This document shows positions 36,669 through 40,251 of a stretch of 40,251 nucleotides of DNA, piece after piece. The notes under the pieces were generated by a model. That model searched no databases. It was given only the letters and a program-made list of their open reading frames with translations, and was not told the DNA's origin. The position numbers were made by a program, and so were the translations under genes. Each line of letters begins with the position of its first letter. Position 1 is the stretch's first letter. Location of the stretch: assembly GCF_001194135.2 (NCBI RefSeq), contig NC_068983.1, forward strand, positions 74,159,186-74,199,436, read 5' to 3'. The DNA comes from Octopus bimaculoides (taxonomy: Eukaryota).

Positions 36669-36883
36669 ATTATAGCTGCTTTTCTGCTTGTGATTGGCAT
36701 TCTCGCCATTTCTGACACTGATAATATTCAATACAAGCCAATTATGTTACCAATAACAGTAGGAATCCTACTCACGGCTATCATAGCTTCCTTTTCGCTC
36801 AACGAATGCGCAATAAATCCTGCCATAGATGTTGCCGGAAGGATCCTGCTTGCTACAATATCAGGAAACTCAACAGTTTTTAG
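36669..36883 (+). CDS. Aquaglyceroporin exon equivalent to AQP3 exon 5 (TM4, TM5, loop E with second NPA box)
   Basis: Acceptor ttttcag|ATT, donor AG|gtatgt. 215 nt, phase 0 to 2. Translates IIAAFLLVIGILAISDTDNIQYKPIMLPITVGILLTAIIASFSLNECAINPAIDVAGRILLATISGNSTVF. Glyceroporin-type P2=D and P3=R follow the NPA. Confidence 0.95.
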
Positions 36884-38446
36884 GTATGTTTGACCACTGA
36901 TCGAACGATCCCTTAGTTCTTTTATCTTTTTTGAAATGAAAACAATGTTGTTGATGTTATGGTTGTTGTTGTTGCTAAGCCCTAAAGTCAATCGTGATTG
37001 ATCACTCCTATGATCAAAAAGCATTTCAGGTAAGAAATTTCTCTTTGAAGGAGTATCTAGAACCATATTGTAGACATTGGCATATATGTTAGAGCGTTGG
37101 CCAATATTCTGTCTCTTCGCGTCTTGTGTTCAAATCTGGCTGATGTGAACTTTGTCTTTAATTTGTTTCGTATTCGATAAGCAAAGTAGCAGTGGACTAG
37201 TGGAATCGTTGCACGTCAGAATGGACGTCTTGCATTATTTGTACCAGTTCGTTGTATTGTGTTACTGAGTCCTGCACACGAGTAGTTAACCATGGACACC
37301 ATTATGATAATCCTTTTTTAGAGCTGGCGATAGCTGCTGCTGCTGCTACTGATGATGATGATGATGAATTCCTTATCTAATGTTTCCTTCATTGTTTGAC
37401 AAGGTTGTGGTGTGATTTAAGAGGGATTCTGCTGCTAATGCAAACAAGCCAAGGAACTATATTAGATGCCCCCACCCTGATTATCTCGGGAAAATATTAT
37501 ATCAAATAGAGGTGCAATGCCATTTGTGGTAGGTGGACGGGGGTTTCTGTAATGAAAAAAACTACTATATCAGTACTCTACTGGTACTTTATTTTATCGA
37601 CCCCAAAAGTTGACTCCGTTACATTTTAGACTAAAAGAATAGAAAGGGATATAAATAATAACAGCAAAATATTTGGTCCGCCATGCTAGCGTTTTTGCAA
37701 ATGCATTACCTTTAGTGTATCATTCAACTATGGTAGTAGTTCAATAATATTCTTAAGGCCGCAATTTACTCACACGCAGCATCTTTCAGAGCTTGTCACT
37801 GATTCAGTTCTTAAATTGAAAACTGTTAACAGTTTTGAAGAGGGCTGGTCTCTAGCTACATTTTAGCATAAAAAATTGAAATTTGGTCCAGTAGAAAAAA
37901 GTTTACATCAAAATTTGTAGAAACGTTATAGGAGAATAAGTAAAACCTCCAATCAAGTTTAAATCTAAATAACTTTTTTATTTTAAAAGCAAAATATATT
38001 TATCTTAACTTCAATGATAGAAGAAAGCATAAAAAGTTTTGATCCCATGCAACAAACATTTCTATAAAAAAGTGAGCTAAAATATCATGAAAAAAAAATA
38101 TATAAAGCAAAAATTTGGATTTAAGTATAATTCTATTTAAGTATAATTCAAGTATAATTTTATTTTATTTAAGCTTAAATGATAGAATTCAATCCGAGGA
38201 ATTTCATGGTATCAATCTCATGCAATGAAGTTTTAATTAAAAAAAGGTTATGAGTGTTTGTTTCTCAAATTTGAGTGTGATAATATAGTTCTGTACTTTT
38301 TATGGATATAGTTCTATAAAGGGACTTTTAATATATGTCACCGGCATCATTGAGGTAAGGAAAAAATATCACCGACACCGCTAATTGACACATTTGACAC
38401 ATTATTAATTAGCATAATAGCATAGCCTAGAAAAAGCATGGATCAT

Positions 38447-39295
38447 ATGGAAAAATGCGAGCAAGAGAAATAATATTCTTAAGATTATAAAATTGGAAAA
38501 GTACAGGACAAGTTATTATACTTGGAAAAGTTCAGGCCAAGTTATTAGATCTGGTACAGTACAGAACAAGAAATTTTTTACTTAGAATATTGCAGCTAAG
38601 GATAAAATTTGAATATTAAAAATTAATTTAATTTAATTTACAAAGTAACATTGTAATTAAAAAAAGGTACCATCATTTTGTTAAAATATTGACACACTAG
38701 AATATTTCAAAATGAGATCCAGAAGTACCAATATAGCTAAAGTTTTATGCAAAGTAGAACAGTACATACGGTAGGCAAATTCATTATATAAAAAATAGGT
38801 ATTGGGCCAAGACTAAAAATGTGAAGAATTGGCAAATTTTACGTTGAATTTGTTGTTATTGGTTGATTTTAATGTAATATATAACTAATTTTTGTATTAT
38901 TCTATTTATTGTACTAATTATGTACTACTATTATCTTTTATAACTTATTTTCGAATTTCTAATTATTAATTAATGATTAAAAAATGAATATTTTAAAGTT
39001 TAAAAAATAATTTGAGCTATTTTTTATTTTTAATAGAAGTAACAAGTAATAACAAATAGAAGTAATGGCTTGAAATAAGTGTTTTTGTTTTAATAAAAGC
39101 TAATATTTTCTAAATCTAAATATTTTATTTGAAATTTTATCCTTAGCTGCAATATTTTAAGTAAAAAATTTCTTGTTTTTCACTTTACGAGATGTAATAA
39201 CTTGTTTTGAACTTTTCCAAGTGTAATAATTTGTCCTGTACTTTTCCAAGTTTATATTCTTAAGAATATTATTTCTCTTGCTCGCATTTTTCCAT
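38447..39295. mobile_element. Non-autonomous DNA element (MITE/foldback-like) with about 165-bp terminal inverted repeats
   Basis: 38447-38610 (atggaaaaatgcgagcaagagaaataatattcttaaga...tattgcagctaaggataaaattt) matches the reverse complement of 39132-39295. The AT-rich core has no ORF. No clear TSD. Confidence 0.85.
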
Positions 39296-40251
39296 GTAAT
39301 CACATATATCTGTGAGCCGGAAAGACATTATTAATGATTAATGTTCTGTGACAAGTCACAGTATGATGAAGGGAGTTTAAAACTGGTTAGTAATAAGTCC
39401 TTAGTATACCACTTTTATAATGTTTGGCATTTGTTGTTATATAACTGTACACTAAGCCTGATGGAGCAAACTGATTAGAGGAGGGGTTCTAGTAATTAAG
39501 TTCACTTTATCATACATTCTCCCCCTCATTTAAGATGGTGGAGAGTTAGTTGTTATTTTTAGCAGGTTGAGTAGCCATAATGTACGAAGCACGATAACTG
39601 CTGTTTTACTCAAACTGATAAAAGGATAAAATTTCGAGCAAATTCTTCAAAAGCGATATGTAGGATTTGGCTATATTATCGCTGATAACGAATCTATGAA
39701 CTATAATCTATTGTTAACGTTTTTAATACAGGAAACATTAAAAAGCTAACTAGAGATAAAACAAACCATATTAGTCAATGACAGTTATTAATTTAATCGT
39801 TTTGGTAAAAGGGTTGACAATTCCGGCCTTACTTAGAAATAATGGATATTGATTTCTGATTTATGGTTACTGACATAAGATATTGCGAAATAATTCTGAA
39901 TTTGATCTACAGAAATACAATTATTTCACTTAGTAATAAGTACTATGCCTTAAGCATGATGGAACAGGAATCAGTACAATTCTAAAATAAACAGAAAACA
40001 ATTCACTGATGTCGGCAAAAAAGACTGTAAAACGCTGGAAGTATTACTGCTTGTTTAGTAATCAATGAGGAAGCGACAATCGTCACAAAGCTTTTAAACT
40101 TTAAGAATACCGATACATACGTTCGCTCAACATACATATTGAATTTCCTCTTTTTATTCTATGGCATTACCTGATTATCATACTGCAGTATATATACATA
40201 TTTACACACACATACACATCCATCAATCTATCCAGCCATCCCTCCCTCCCT

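Noticed and set aside
37219-37290. cag|A ATG GAC...HYFVPVRC as candidate last exon (also 39913-39985)
   Set aside because: The first has a weak acceptor and lies in a degenerate SINE; both stop early and neither has a WxPxxGPxxG-like TM6 motif.

Overview
AT-rich (roughly two-thirds A+T), microsatellite-dense eukaryotic genomic DNA with ten N-gaps. The SINE families, repeat load and gap pattern look like an octopus (cephalopod) short-read assembly; the taxon is inferred, not proven. I can support one host gene: four internal exons (17570-17681, 19476-19613, 30712-30824, 36669-36883, + strand) of an aquaglyceroporin (AQP3/7/9/10-like). They splice in frame with GT-AG sites and intron phases 0-1-1-0-2, the same as vertebrate AQP3. 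I could not find its first or last coding exon. The protein is atypical: NPV replaces NPA in loop B, NPAID replaces NPARD in loop E, loop E lacks its Gly, and the predicted selectivity filter is Ala/Ile/Cys/Ile, with neither aromatic nor Arg. This is the best candidate for novel biology here. The rest is transposon-derived: tRNA-SINEs, CR1-, RTE-, RLE- and Penelope-type retroelement remnants, a DD36E Tc1-like element, a mariner interrupted by a composite Helitron, a CYFC-motif DNA transposon remnant, a long-TIR MITE and a small hairpin element. There are also several inverted repeats and local duplications. I found no prokaryote-style system (CRISPR, operon, rRNA). Most ORFs in the supplied track are microsatellite or gap artefacts.
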